64,000 nt of DNA from Thecamonas trahens ATCC 50062 (GCF_000142905.1 NW_013657677.1:372001-436000), one strand, 5' to 3'; counted from the stretch's first letter, positions 1 through 11,096 are shown. The notes: generated by a model not told the origin, from the letters alone. Translations and numbers: made by a program.

Positions 1-761
1 GAACAATGATCTCGGCCTCGTCCTTGGGAACGCCCTTGACCTTCTTAGACCGCGAGTTAAACGCGTCCATCAGCGTCGTGAGGTACATGACAAAGGCCTC
101 CTGCCGCGACGCGACGTCGCCGAACTTGTCGAGCAGCGTGTACATGACGTTGACTGAGACGTCGTCGACCATGTTGTCCAGGATCCGCGCCTCGACCTGC
201 CGAGCAAAGACCTTGTTGAACTGGTGCTTCCACGCATTGAGGTCGATGTGGTACTCTTTGGCGGCATCATAAAGCGCACTGCGTTGTTGGCATTGTGGAC
301 GAAAAAAAATACCGCAGACGGTGAGTGGCCCGCTCGCAAAAAAGCAACTCAGACGCTGAACCTCGAACGAACAACTTGCCTGCACAGCTCCATGGGGAGT
401 GGTAGCGTTGTCATCCAGAGGGGTTATTGGGAGGGAATGGTAGGCGAGGGATGGTAGAGACTGGAATGGGAGGGAGGGGGGAGAGCGAGAGGAAGGAAAG
501 AGGGAGGGGGGAAGGGGGGGGGAGTGGGAGAGGGTGTGGGCGGGGATCAGTGTGGGTTTCCCGCTGGACGAAGTGGCAGCAGACAGAGCCGGGAAGGGAG
601 GGAGATACTGGTAGCGCGTACCGCTTGCGGCTCATGATGTCAGTGACGAGCTGGGTGGACTTGTGCTTGACCATGAGGCTGAAGACCTCATCATCGTGGC
701 TGTCGTAGCTCTCATAGGAGCCAGCACTGGAGGAGCCCTCGGTCTCTGAGTAGGTTGACAT
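1..761 (-). CDS. Hypothetical protein, 5' part (runs off window start); spliced
   Basis: ATG at 761 gives MSTYSETEGSSSAGSYES...SRKR. A GTACGC donor at 621 and ACTCAC..CAG acceptor at 279 join in frame to ALYDAAKEYHIDLNAWKHQFNKVF..., which is open to position 1. Confidence 0.6.
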
Positions 762-862
762 GACCCTGGAGACGAGTTGGCCGTGCGGGAGTGAATTGAG
801 CCCTGTCGGGCAGGGCGGGCAGGGATGGGGGCTTGTTACTAAGATAGATACGGCAGTCCAAG

Positions 863-2207
863 TTAGGCCTTGACATCGTAGGTGCGACGCCACATGTCGT
901 CGATGTTGGTGAGGTAGTAGGTACCCGGGAGGAGGTCATCGTGCGAGTCAGTGGGGTGTAGGGGGCGGAGCCGTGGGCAGCCTCGCGGAGAGCGAGCTTG
1001 GCGACAAACTCCTCGGGGGTGCGGACGGTGCGGGCGGCAAGGCGGGCAACGACGTCGGTCTTCTCGCGGATGGAGGCAAGCGAGCCCTTGACGGTGAGCG
1101 AGAAGAGCGAGGAGGCCATGCCGGAGCCGTAGGAGAACATGAAGATGCGCTTGCCGGCGAGGGCGTCGTCGTCGAGGTTGGCGATGAGCGAGAGGAGGCC
1201 GCCGTAGACCGAGGCGGTGTACATGTTGCCACAGAGCTTGGACATGGCGACCGAGGGGCCGACGACGCGCTCAAAGCGCTCGGCGTTGGGCTTGAGGAAG
1301 GCGGCGAGGATGCCCTTCTCGTACGAGTCAGCCTCGGCGACGGCGGCGGCGGTGACGAGCTCGGGGGCGTCGGCAAAGGCCTCTGGGTTGGTGCGCACGT
1401 CGTTGTAGAGGAAGCGCCCAAACGACTTGATGACAAGCTTGTTGAACGGGCAGTGGAAGGCGGCGTAGTCAATGGCGTTGATGTTGAACGGCTCGCCGGT
1501 CACCTTCTCAAACTTGGCCTTGTAGTTGTCGTAGCAGCGGTCGAGGGCGCGGAGGTAGCACTTGATGGTCTGCGGGCCGTCGACGGTCGGGTACTCGGAT
1601 GAGAGGTCGGGCTTGTAAAAGTCGTACGTGTGCTCAAAGTGCGAGGCGCGGAGCTTGGTGTCGAACACCAGCGGGGCGTTGGGCCGATGAGCATGGCGAC
1701 GGCGCCACAGCCACCGGTCGGGCGCGCGTTGCCCTCGGCGTACACCGCAATGTCACCGGCGACAACCAGGGCGTAGCGGCCGTCCCACGCCGACGACTCG
1801 ATCCAGTTGATCGAGTTGAAGAGCGCGTTGGTTCCGCCGTAGCACGCGTTGGTGGTGTCGATGCCCTCGACGTCATCGTTGCCGGACTCGGCAAAGAGCT
1901 GCATGAGGACCGACTTGACTGACTTGGACTTGTCAATGATGGTCTCGGTGCCGACCTCGAGCCGACCGATGTCAGAGTACGAGATGCCGTACTTGGCAAC
2001 GAGCGAGGAGACAACCGTCAGACAGATCGAATGGATGTCCTCGAGGTCACCAGTGAACGCCATGGCGGTTTGGCCGAGGCCAATGGTGTACTTGCCGGTC
2101 GAAGCGCCGTCGTGCTTCTCGAGCTCGGCCTGGTCGACACACGTGGCGGGGACGTAGAAGTCCATGGCCACAATGCCAACGTCTGAGGGGCGGGATGTCT
2201 CGGCCAT
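863..2207 (-). CDS. HMGCS: Hydroxymethylglutaryl-CoA synthase (two single-base frameshifts)
   Basis: Motifs [17 protein letters not shown], active-site NACYGGT, YDFYKP and GNMYTAS. Adding one C at 1681-1683 ([11 protein letters not shown]) and one at 953-956 restores the frame through [16 protein letters not shown] to TAA at 863-865. Confidence 0.93.
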
Positions 2208-2390
2208 GGTGGGCAAGGTCTGGACGTGCCCAACGAGGACAGAAGCGGGGGCAACGCAAACAGAGTTAGTTGAGCGCGGTGGTGGAGGGAGGGAGAAGAG
2301 CGGGAGGAGGGGGGGGGGGAGAAAGCAGGAATGAGGGAGGCGGAGGTGGAGGGAAGGGAGGAGGGCGGAGGAGGAAGGGAGGAAGGGAGG

Positions 2391-2394
<4 letters not shown>

Positions 2395-2423
<29 letters not shown>
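2395..2423. repeat. (TG)n/(CA)n microsatellite upstream of HMGCS
   Basis: Perfect GT dinucleotide run within a G/A-rich intergenic tract. Confidence 0.9.
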
Positions 2424-2426
<3 letters not shown>

Positions 2427-2667
2427 GGTGAGGGAGGGGATGAGGAGGCCGTAGGCGGAGGCTGTCGGTGTGGGTCGTGTCGGCGGTGCAACGTGGCAGA
2501 GGGAACGAACAATGAAAATGAAGAAAGGTGGCGAGGTGCCAAGTGGAAGAGGGAAGGACTTGCGGAGGAGCGGCAAGCTGTTTTTTCGTGGTCTTGCGCT
2601 GCCAGATGCTGGAGAGAGAGAGAGAGAGAGAGAGTGTGTGTGTGTACATTTGCGCGCGCCAAACAGA

Positions 2668-3591
2668 TCAGTCAGCCTTGGAGGCCGGCGAGGCGGACGA
2701 CGGCGCTGAGAGCGAGTGGTAGACCGAGTGGAAGGCGAGCGAGGGGAAAAAGGTGACGTGAGCCCACTCAAAGCGAACCTTGCCGGCTGTGTCGACCGCT
2801 GCCGCCGACGTCTTGGCCTTGTTGAGGTTGATGAGGGTGGCTGTCTCACCGGTGATCTTGTGGGCCGTACCCTGCATGAGCGGGGCGGTAAAGGAGCAGC
2901 CCCAGAGAAAGGCGAGGCGCGAGCCGGTCAGGATCGCCACGGCGCGGCAGGCGAGCGCGCCTCCGATGGCCGGAGCTTCGGGCACCTTGGGCGACGCCGC
3001 CGCCGCCACAACGAAAGCGGCCAGGACCGCCAATGCCGTCGCGCGCGAGCCTGCCAGTGCCAGGCCAGCGTAGGCCTCCAAGCCGGCCCACAGGCCAAAC
3101 CATGCACCCCAGCCGGCGGTGGCGGCGAGGACCTTCTTGGACACACCGAGGGTGAGGAGGAGGACGGCGAGAAAGGTGCCAATGCAGGTCATCTCGAGCA
3201 GCATGGGATCAATAGCCGGGGAGGCCCAAAAGCCGCCGGCCACGGTGGCGATGGCGAGTAGGGTACACACAAACGGAGCCGGGGCAGTAGCGAGCGCCAA
3301 AGCCCACCCGGCGGCGGTGACCGCGGCAATCGGCCGCGCGATGGGAGAGCCCTGAAGCAGCGGCGCGACAATGTTATCCAGCGTGTCGAGGAGCGCAAAG
3401 TTGCCCAGGACCTGGAAGACTAAGCAGACCATGTGGAGGGCCAGATTCGGCGCAGTCCGATGGTCGCGGCGAAAGTGCTTGTAGGCCGTGGCGTAGCCGT
3501 CACCAGCCAAGGCGTTGACCACGGGCTTCCAAGGGTAGCAGTAGAACGGGCCGGGTGCATAGAGGAGTGTCTGCAGAGCAAGTGTCGCCAT
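2668..3591 (-). CDS. Multi-pass membrane protein, Mpo1/DUF962-like (putative 2-hydroxy fatty acid dioxygenase)
   Basis: ATG at 3591 follows a (CA)n tract. His motifs [20 protein letters not shown] and [10 protein letters not shown] resemble the Mpo1 H-x4-N-x3-H and Q-x3-H-x3-E patterns; there are several hydrophobic helices. Confidence 0.55.
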   Translation of the reverse strand: MATLALQTLLYAPGPFYCYPWKPVVNALAGDGYATAYKHFRRDHRTAPNLALHMVCLVFQVLGNFALLDTLDNIVAPLLQGSPIARPIAAVTAAGWALALATAPAPFVCTLLAIATVAGGFWASPAIDPMLLEMTCIGTFLAVLLLTLGVSKKVLAATAGWGAWFGLWAGLEAYAGLALAGSRATALAVLAAFVVAAAASPKVPEAPAIGGALACRAVAILTGSRLAFLWGCSFTAPLMQGTAHKITGETATLINLNKAKTSAAAVDTAGKVRFEWAHVTFFPSLAFHSVYHSLSAPSSASPASKAD

Positions 3592-3596
3592 GGCGA

Positions 3597-3603
3597 CGTG
3601 TGT

Positions 3604-3644
<41 letters not shown>

Positions 3645-3647
3645 TGT
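3597..3647. repeat. (TG)n/(CA)n microsatellite just upstream of a start codon
   Basis: Near-perfect TG run ending 5 nt from the ATG at 3591. Confidence 0.9.
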
Positions 3648-4198
3648 TTGGGGAGGATGGGAGGAGTGGGGTGTGGCCCAGGTGTTTGGTGCTTGCCCAG
3701 TGGCTGGTGTGCGGCCGGTAACGGGTTGGCGGCCGGCGACGGGTGGGCCTCCACAGCCGGCACCGGGACCGGCCCCTACAGACGCCGCCTGCTTGCCTCA
3801 CCTCTCGCTCTCTGTAGTGTGTGGTACCCTTGACTGGCTAGGGGACGACAGACCAGCAATATGTACGTGTGTGTTTGTGTGTGTGTGGAGGGGGGGGGGA
3901 GGCTGAGTGTGAGTGAGAGAGAGAGAGAGAGAGTGTGTGTGTGGGGGGGAGGTGGCGGGTGCTGGCGGCCGTTGTCGTCGCTCCAGGCGACGGGCAATTT
4001 TTGGCTTGTCGGAGAGGGCACTGGCCGAGGCGGCTGGAGCCAGGATGGGGCCGACGGGGCGGAAGGGAGCTAGTGGGTAGGGTGGCGTCGGCGGGGGGAA
4101 CGGGAGCGAGGGTGCGGGAGTTGGCTCACGGCGGGCGAGGCGGGCGCAGGTCGCTTTCGCCGAACAAGCGACGCGGCGGGCCGGCAACGGCCGGCGCG

Positions 4199-6724
4199 AT
4201 GCGGCAGGGACGGAGCCGGCGGCTGGACGCGACGGTGGCAGAGGACCGCGAGCTGCTGGAGGAGCTTGCAGAGGAGTTCCACCCAGGCATGCGGGTCAAG
4301 GCTGTGCACTTTGAGGACTACGAGGGCGTGGTGCGGTTCATCGGGAACACGCTGCTGGGCCCCGGCCCGTGGATCGGGATCGAGCTCGACGAGCCGGTGG
4401 GCCGGTCGAACGGGTCGATTGCAGGCGTGTTCTACTTTGACTGCCCTGAACACCACGGAGCCTTTGTGCCGCCCGACTGCGTTGAGCCCATTGACGACGT
4501 GGTTGATCCGCTCGAGCCGCCGCGGGCGTGGGACGTCACCGAGCACCACTACCTGACGGCTGCCCGCGACCGGGCGGGCGACGCAGCGCACCTCGCCATG
4601 TCGTCACCGCTCGCCAAGTTCCAGGCGGCGCAGGCGGCGGCGGGCTTTGACGCCGACTCGGACTACTCGGGGGCATCGCATCACTACTTTGAATCGCTCC
4701 CGCCCAAGCTGCGGACGGCGCCGGCGGCCGGGCTGGCATCGCCGAGCGGGGCGCGGCGGCGCGGCGGCAGCGGGCGCACGGCGACCCACATCATGACCCG
4801 GCGCGCCGGCGACAGCGGTCCCGAGGTTGGCGGCACGCCGCCTCACCTGCGCGCGCTTGACGCCCTGCGATCGACGGTTCCGTACTACGAGGCCTTTGCG
4901 CCGGTCCACAAAGATCCCGAGGTCGGGCAGCGGGTCCGAGTCAAGGGCCACCTCGGCGTAGTCAAGTTTGTGGGCGGCACGCTGTTTGAGTTTGGCTCAT
5001 GGGTCGGCGTCGAGCTCGACGAGCCGCTCGGCCGCAACTCGGGCTCGGTCAACGGGACCTTTTACTTCAAGTGCAAGCCCTCGCACGGCATCTTTGTGCG
5101 GCCGCACAAGGTCGAGTGGGTCCCGTGGGAGTTTGCGCCGCTGCCGCACTCTGGCTCGCCGCGCAAGCGCCGGGTCCGCAAAACCGGTGCCGCGCTGTTC
5201 CAGACCTCGTCGCGGGATCCGTCGGAGCTCTCGGGCGACGACGAAGAGGGCGAGGCGAGCGGGGCGAGCGGCGACGGGCTCACGGGCACCTCGGCGGCGC
5301 CCGAACAGCCACCGGCTTTCCGGTCGCCGTCCCAGGGCCCACCGCAGGCCCTCTCGGCGTCGGGCCTACCGGTGCCTGGCATGCAGTTTGAGGAGGTCGA
5401 CGGCGTCTTGCGGTTCCCGTCTTTGCTCGAGGGTGAGGGCGGCGCGCCTGGTACGCCCGCCGGAGAGGACAAGTCGTTCTTTGGCGCCGGCGGCGACGTC
5501 GGCGGCGCGCACGCCATCCTCGCCGGCCCGCACCAGGTCGAGTTTGAGTTTGGCTGCTCGGACATGAAGTTCTACCAACTCGACTCAAAGATCCAGGGTC
5601 TTTTCCACGGCTTTTTCGTTGGCTCGGCCATCGGCCTCCTCTGCGAGGATCGCGCCGCCGACGACCTGGCCACATTTGCCAGCACCGGCGGACTCGACTC
5701 GTACGGGCCGACTATTGCTTCGCACGACGCACACCGTGCGCAGTGGTACTCGAGCATCGAGGCGGGCGGTGTGTGGGGCGTCGACGGTGACGCCGCGCTT
5801 GTGCTCCTCGACGCGCTCGTCACCGCCAAAGGTCACGTCGACCACAAGGTCTTTGCCGAGAAGCTCGCCGGGTGGATCGACGAGGGCATTGTCGCCACCG
5901 GGCAGGCCGGGCCCATCGGCGTCGAAGAGACGCTGGTGGAGATTGTGTGCACTCCCGAGTTCACCACGCATCCGCTGGCCGCCGCCAAGAACGTCTACTT
6001 TAAGAACGGAAAGTCGTTTGCCGACAACGGTGCCGTGGCCCGCTCGCCACTGCTGGCCATTTCCGACTTTTGGGACCTCGACCGGGTGGCGGCCAACGCC
6101 ACGATCATGGCTCAGGTGACTCACTCGGACCCGCGGTGCGTCGCCTCGTGCATCGCCGTCAACGTCGCCATCGCGCTTCTGCTGCAAAAGGGCGCGCGTT
6201 CGCACACCGCCAAGGGCCTCGTCTTTGTCCTCAAGAAGGCCTTCAAGTACGCCAAGGCCGTGGGCGTGCCCGACGAGGGCGCACTCAAGGCCGCCATCAT
6301 GACTGCCACCCCGGCCTCGCTTCGGCTCGACGACCCCAAGACCTGCCGCCACACGTACAAGGCGCTCGGCGCAGCCTTCTACGCCCTCCGCACCGGTACC
6401 GACTTTAAGTCAACACTCCTCGAGATTGCCATGTGCGGCGGCGACGCAGACGCAAACTGCGCTGTCGCCGGCGCGGTTCTCGGCGTCAAGCTCGGCATGT
6501 GGGCCGTGCCGGTCGACTGGCCGCCGCGCTCACTCCCATTCACGGCCCGCTCGTGGCCGCCGGTCTTTGGCCAGTTCCAGCCTGCCACCGAGCCCGAGAA
6601 CATGCCGCAGTCCTGGCTCGACCTTCGCGGGCCCGACTACCGCTACGCCCGCTCGCTCTTTGACGAGCACCTCACCAACCTCAAGCTGACCATCGAAACG
6701 TACTCGACCAAGCGCGACTATTGA
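4199..6724 (+). CDS. Protein with two CAP-Gly domains and a C-terminal ADP-ribosylglycohydrolase-like domain
   Basis: CAP-Gly motifs WIGIELDEPVGRSNGSIAGVFYF and WVGVELDEPLGRNSGSVNGTFYF. ARH-fold motifs IQGLFHGFFVGSAIG, DNGAVAR, QVTHSDPRC and GGDADANCAVAGAVLG. Start set at the first in-frame ATG. Confidence 0.8.
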   Translation: MRQGRSRRLDATVAEDRELLEELAEEFHPGMRVKAVHFEDYEGVVRFIGNTLLGPGPWIGIELDEPVGRSNGSIAGVFYFDCPEHHGAFVPPDCVEPIDDVVDPLEPPRAWDVTEHHYLTAARDRAGDAAHLAMSSPLAKFQAAQAAAGFDADSDYSGASHHYFESLPPKLRTAPAAGLASPSGARRRGGSGRTATHIMTRRAGDSGPEVGGTPPHLRALDALRSTVPYYEAFAPVHKDPEVGQRVRVKGHLGVVKFVGGTLFEFGSWVGVELDEPLGRNSGSVNGTFYFKCKPSHGIFVRPHKVEWVPWEFAPLPHSGSPRKRRVRKTGAALFQTSSRDPSELSGDDEEGEASGASGDGLTGTSAAPEQPPAFRSPSQGPPQALSASGLPVPGMQFEEVDGVLRFPSLLEGEGGAPGTPAGEDKSFFGAGGDVGGAHAILAGPHQVEFEFGCSDMKFYQLDSKIQGLFHGFFVGSAIGLLCEDRAADDLATFASTGGLDSYGPTIASHDAHRAQWYSSIEAGGVWGVDGDAALVLLDALVTAKGHVDHKVFAEKLAGWIDEGIVATGQAGPIGVEETLVEIVCTPEFTTHPLAAAKNVYFKNGKSFADNGAVARSPLLAISDFWDLDRVAANATIMAQVTHSDPRCVASCIAVNVAIALLLQKGARSHTAKGLVFVLKKAFKYAKAVGVPDEGALKAAIMTATPASLRLDDPKTCRHTYKALGAAFYALRTGTDFKSTLLEIAMCGGDADANCAVAGAVLGVKLGMWAVPVDWPPRSLPFTARSWPPVFGQFQPATEPENMPQSWLDLRGPDYRYARSLFDEHLTNLKLTIETYSTKRDY

Positions 6725-6769
6725 ATGCAGTCTCCAACCCACGCCCTCGCTTTACCGGTGCTCTCTAGC

Positions 6770-9700
6770 CTAGAGCGCCGTCGCCTCGGTGAAGAGCGCA
6801 GGACGGATCATGGCAGCCTCGCACTCGTGGCAGTGGCACTCGTTCTGGACCCAGCGGTGGAGCCGGGTGTCGAGGATGAACAGCGGAGTCGGCCCGTCGT
6901 AGTCGTCACGGGTGCCGACCATGATGAACACCTTATCGTCAACTGTGTAGCCCGAGAGGACGGTGTGTCCGGTCGGCGGGGCATGGCCGGTGGTGGTGAC
7001 CCGAGACCACTTGCGCGAGGCGAGGTCAAGGCGGTGCATGGTACGCGAGGTGGCCACCTCGGCGCCGCGAGGCGATGTCGTCATGCCGCCGTATACATAC
7101 ATGTGCCGGCCGACGAGGACGGCGACATGGTTATAGCGCGGGCACGGCGGGCGGCCTGTGGCCGTCAGCTCGCAGTACCGGGTCTCGGCCTTGGGCGAGA
7201 CGTACACGGTGTTGGTTGGCGCTTTGGACGGGAACTGGCGGGCGTCGAGGCCACCAAAGACAATGATAAACTCGTCCGAGGCGCAGATGGAGTGCCCGAT
7301 GAGCGCGGGGAGCGCAGCCTGCTGCTCAACGTACGCGTCGACCGCGTGTGCAGTCCAAACCTTGTGTCGTGCGAGCGCCAAACCGTGCGGTGCGAGGCTC
7401 GAGTCGGCAGAGTCGAGTTCGACGTCGTTGTCGGATGCTGTCGGCGTTGTTGTTGACGAGTACGTGGCCGACTCGTCACCACCATTGGCACGAGTTGTCC
7501 GTCGCGAGCGGGTGTACGGACTTGCCGTCGACTGCAATTCCGACGGGAGCTCGAGGCCCGATGCAAGGAGCAGCGAGCGCGAGTGCGATGAGCAATGCGA
7601 CGAGAAGTCGTGCGAGTCCACAAATGCCTCTGAGGTGAGCGAATGCGGCGACGACGGACCGCCGACAAACCGGGACCGCCGGCGGCGGAACTTGTGCCGG
7701 CGGCGCCTCCGCGTGTGCGGGCCGAGGTGCTCAATATCGGTGCCGGGGAAGAGGCCTGCTGGCCGCGACGGGCGCGAGTTGGTGTGGCGCGGCGAGACGG
7801 TCTTGTCGACCTCGCCGCGCGTGGAGCGCGGCGGTGAGGCCGAGGCGTGGGCCGAGGCAGGGACCGGACTTGTGTCCTGGCGTGGCGCTCTGCTCGGCTC
7901 TGCGTAGAGTGACTTGAGCGAGATGTGAACGGCGAGGGCATCGCGCTGCAGCGCCGGCGGCGGATGCATGAGCGGCGAGATCGAGGATGCTTTGGGTTCG
8001 GCGGAGCCTTGGCGCGGTGGGGTCCGACGCCTTGCGCCCTGCGGGCGGCGGTAGCGGCCGTGCGGCGAGCCGGAAGCAGGCTTGGTGTTTCGCGCCGAGG
8101 CCAGCGTCGAGCCCTTGCGGAGGCCAGTGCGGAGGAAAATGTATGGGTCGTCGGCCTTGGACCGGGCCCCGTACGCAGCGTAAGTCTTGATACCAGTGCG
8201 GCGGGTGCGAGTCCGCGGCGACGCTGATGCCGGACGGCGCGAGTTTGGCGAGGCTGCAAGTGGCGACGCTATGGCATCCTTGGCGGCGGAGACCGGTCGG
8301 TGCTGCGGCGGGAGCGCCTTGCGCAGCGGCGTGAGCAGCGCGTCCGACTTGACGACGGTGAACTTCTTCTTGTTCCGAACCTCGGGCAGCGGCTCGGGCA
8401 TGAGCGCATCAAAGTCAGAGGCTTTGAAAGTGGTGGCAAAACCAGCAGCACGGCCCTGAGCGGCGGCGCCCGGGTCTGCAGACTCGAGCGCAGCTGCAGC
8501 GGCGAATCGGGCTTCGACGCTCGGGGTTGGCTCGACGTAGGCGGGGCGCGGGTCGCGCGGCGGCGCGGTGACGACGTCCATGTCAATCGGGCGCGGCACG
8601 GATCCGAGCTCGCTGTCTGCAGGCAGGGCGTGGCGGCGGAGCGCAAACGGATGCATCGAGGTGGCGACCCAAGAAGTGTCGTCTCGGGCGCGGAACTTGG
8701 GGCGTTGCCGCGAGTCGGAGAGGGCAACATGCTCGCGGGCGCGAATGATGGAGCGCGAGACCTTGACAACCAGCGGTTCCTTGCGGTGCGGCAGGGTGTG
8801 CTCGACCGAGACAATGGCAGCCGCAGGGTCGACGGAATCATCGCGGGTGTCGAGTGCGACGACAGCTGGTGGGAGAGCAAACAGTTGTCGCTCGAGCTCG
8901 ATGATCTCGGCGTCAAGCGGGTCGAGCGGCGGCTCGACGGCAATCGGCAGCGGAGGCGCAACCGCTTTTGCTGTGTCGGGCTCGGACTCGGGCGCGAGTT
9001 GCGGCGGTGATGGTGGCAGCGACGACGAGTTGTATGAGTCATCCGAGTCTGAAGTAGACGCGGTAGCGGGAGCGGGATTGGAAGGCGAGGCGGAGGCGGA
9101 GGCCGTGGGTGTTGAGCTGCTTGAGCTGTACTGCCACGACTCGGGTTCGAGCTCGGGCTCAGGCTCGGGCTTGGGCTCGGGCTCGGGCTCGGGTGACGAC
9201 GATGGGCACGACTCTGAAAGATGAACCGGGCTTGCCTTGGCAGGGAGAAGAGGCGGCGGCGAGTCGACAACAGCGGCAACGACGGCCAAGGCAGCGACAT
9301 CAGGCGTGGTGGGCTCGGGGCTGGCGACGGCGTTGGCGGGCTTGGGGCGAGTGGGGCTCACAGCCACAGCATCAGTGCTGGAGGGCAGCGAGACAAGGTC
9401 TGGCTCGGGTTCTGGCTCTGGTCCTGGTTCTGATTCTGGCTTCGGCTCTGGCTCTACATCACAGACATTGTTGTCGTCGTCCGCCTCGAGGTTGGCAGCG
9501 CGAATGCGTAACACAATGTCATCTGCAGCCAACGAGTAGCGCAGCGACGGTGGATGGCGAGCGAACGGGCCGGGTGGGCGCTTGAGCGTCGGGTGCTCGA
9601 GACCGAGGCTCTGACGGCGCTCGAGAATAGAGCCCGGCTCGGGCTCGTGCTCGTGCTCGTGCTCGTAGTCGTGCTCGTGGTCGTGCTCGGCCGCGGCGGC

Positions 9701-10912
9701 ATCGATGGGGTCGTCGGCAAGTGAGTGGTCGGGATCAGTCGTGGCCCAAGAGTTGGTCTCACCGCCATCATCAGCGGGGATGAGCAGCACGGAATCTCCG
9801 CCATCGGCATAGGAAGCGCCATCAAGAGCAGCACCCGAGTCAGTGCGGGCGCTGGGCTCATCTTCTGCCTTGGTGTCATACCCGGGCTCAATCGCCAGCT
9901 CGGCACAATCTGCGATTGTGGCGTTTGCACCAGCGTCGACCTCGGGCTCAACGGCTGGTTCGGGACTGGTCTCTGGCCCGGCATCAAGCTCGGCCTCGTC
10001 ACCCAACTCTGAACCGTCATCGAGTTCTTTGCCGATCTTGACGTCGACCTCGGGCTCTACGGCCGGTTCGGGACTAGTCTCTGGCCCGGCATCAAGCTCG
10101 GCCTCGTCACCCAACTCTGAACCGTCATCGAGTTCTTTGCCGATCTTGACGTCGACCTCGGGCTCTACGGCCGGTTCGGGACTAGTCTCTGGCCCGGCAT
10201 CAAGCTCGGCCTCGTCACCCAACTCTGAACCGTCATCGAGTTCTTTGCCGATCTTGACGTCGACCTCGGGCTCTACGGCCGGTTCGGGACTAGTCTCTGG
10301 CCCGGCATCAAGCTCGGCCTTGTCACCCAACTCTGAACCGTCATCGAGTTCTTTGCCGATCTTGACGTCGACCTCGGGCTCTACGGCCGGTTCGGGACTA
10401 GTCTCTGGCCCGGCATCAAGCTCGGCCTCGTCACCCAACTCTGAACCGTCATCGAGTTCTTTGCCGATCTTGACGTCGACCTCGGGCTCTACGGCCGATT
10501 CGGGACTGGTCTCTGGCCCGGCATCAAGCTCGGCCTCGTCGCCACCATCGACATCGTCTCCTACTCCTTCGTTACCCTCGACAATGTCCGCGACCTCTCT
10601 GCGCATCTCCAAATCGTCACTCTCGACATCAACTGCGGCCGAGTCGGATGCCGAGACGGAGGCCGAGTCGGACACGGCCTCGCTTGCGGAGCTGGTGCAA
10701 CTGGCACTGTCACTGGCACTGCCGCTGGAACCACCTGCACTACTTGAATCGTCTTCTTTAGCTGCGCCGCCTTTCTCACTGACGTGCGACGCAGACTCCG
10801 GCGGCGGCTTGTCCTTGGTGTCGTCGAGTCGCAGCGAGGCCGATAGCGAGTCTGAGTCCGAGTCCGACGAGGAGGCTGCCGCCGGCGCGGGCACAGGCAG
10901 GGGCTGAGACAT
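6770..10912 (-). CDS. Large acidic/low-complexity protein with C-terminal Kelch repeats
   Basis: ATG at 10912 (MSQPLPVP). Kelch motifs GHSICASDEFIIVFGG, PCPRYNHVAVLVGRHMYVYGG and GYTVDDKVFIMVG. Also contains 36-aa tandem repeats and (EP)n tracts. Confidence 0.75.
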   Translation of the reverse strand: MSQPLPVPAPAAASSSDSDSDSLSASLRLDDTKDKPPPESASHVSEKGGAAKEDDSSSAGGSSGSASDSASCTSSASEAVSDSASVSASDSAAVDVESDDLEMRREVADIVEGNEGVGDDVDGGDEAELDAGPETSPESAVEPEVDVKIGKELDDGSELGDEAELDAGPETSPEPAVEPEVDVKIGKELDDGSELGDKAELDAGPETSPEPAVEPEVDVKIGKELDDGSELGDEAELDAGPETSPEPAVEPEVDVKIGKELDDGSELGDEAELDAGPETSPEPAVEPEVDVKIGKELDDGSELGDEAELDAGPETSPEPAVEPEVDAGANATIADCAELAIEPGYDTKAEDEPSARTDSGAALDGASYADGGDSVLLIPADDGGETNSWATTDPDHSLADDPIDAAAAEHDHEHDYEHEHEHEPEPGSILERRQSLGLEHPTLKRPPGPFARHPPSLRYSLAADDIVLRIRAANLEADDDNNVCDVEPEPKPESEPGPEPEPEPDLVSLPSSTDAVAVSPTRPKPANAVASPEPTTPDVAALAVVAAVVDSPPPLLPAKASPVHLSESCPSSSPEPEPEPKPEPEPELEPESWQYSSSSSTPTASASASPSNPAPATASTSDSDDSYNSSSLPPSPPQLAPESEPDTAKAVAPPLPIAVEPPLDPLDAEIIELERQLFALPPAVVALDTRDDSVDPAAAIVSVEHTLPHRKEPLVVKVSRSIIRAREHVALSDSRQRPKFRARDDTSWVATSMHPFALRRHALPADSELGSVPRPIDMDVVTAPPRDPRPAYVEPTPSVEARFAAAAALESADPGAAAQGRAAGFATTFKASDFDALMPEPLPEVRNKKKFTVVKSDALLTPLRKALPPQHRPVSAAKDAIASPLAASPNSRRPASASPRTRTRRTGIKTYAAYGARSKADDPYIFLRTGLRKGSTLASARNTKPASGSPHGRYRRPQGARRRTPPRQGSAEPKASSISPLMHPPPALQRDALAVHISLKSLYAEPSRAPRQDTSPVPASAHASASPPRSTRGEVDKTVSPRHTNSRPSRPAGLFPGTDIEHLGPHTRRRRRHKFRRRRSRFVGGPSSPHSLTSEAFVDSHDFSSHCSSHSRSLLLASGLELPSELQSTASPYTRSRRTTRANGGDESATYSSTTTPTASDNDVELDSADSSLAPHGLALARHKVWTAHAVDAYVEQQAALPALIGHSICASDEFIIVFGGLDARQFPSKAPTNTVYVSPKAETRYCELTATGRPPCPRYNHVAVLVGRHMYVYGGMTTSPRGAEVATSRTMHRLDLASRKWSRVTTTGHAPPTGHTVLSGYTVDDKVFIMVGTRDDYDGPTPLFILDTRLHRWVQNECHCHECEAAMIRPALFTEATAL
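9934..10540 (-). repeat. 108-bp coding tandem repeat, about 5.6 near-identical copies
   Basis: GTCGACCTCGGGCTC recurs at 9935, 10043, 10151, 10259, 10367 and 10475. The unit encodes DEAELDAGPETSPEPAVEPEVDVKIGKELDDGSELG. Confidence 0.95.
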
Positions 10913-11096
10913 GGCGCCCAAGGTGCCCTGTACTCTACCTATAGGTGAGCACCTGGCGTGTGTACGCGTCTGCTTCTGCGTCGCCTGGTGTGCGTCTGCT
11001 CGAGCGCAATGCGTCGACAAGTGGGCCTCCGTCTCGCCCTCCTGCCAACCGCCTCCGTCTCTCACCGCAGGATTGCCCCACAGGACTCGGGAGACT

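Noticed and set aside
362-379. Possible 18-nt micro-exon (CAG|GCAAGTTGTTCGTTCGAG|GT, - strand) in the first gene
   Set aside because: It is in frame, but its donor (GTTCAG) departs from the GTACG consensus and no ACTCAC precedes its acceptor. A single intron 621-279 is also in frame and simpler.
863-3591. HMGCS + Mpo1-like gene as a lipid-metabolism cluster
   Set aside because: The two act in different pathways, and adjacency is unremarkable in such a compact genome.
9934-10540. Regularly spaced repeats as a CRISPR array
   Set aside because: The units are contiguous and near-identical with no unique spacers, they are in-frame coding, the context is eukaryotic, and there are no cas genes.
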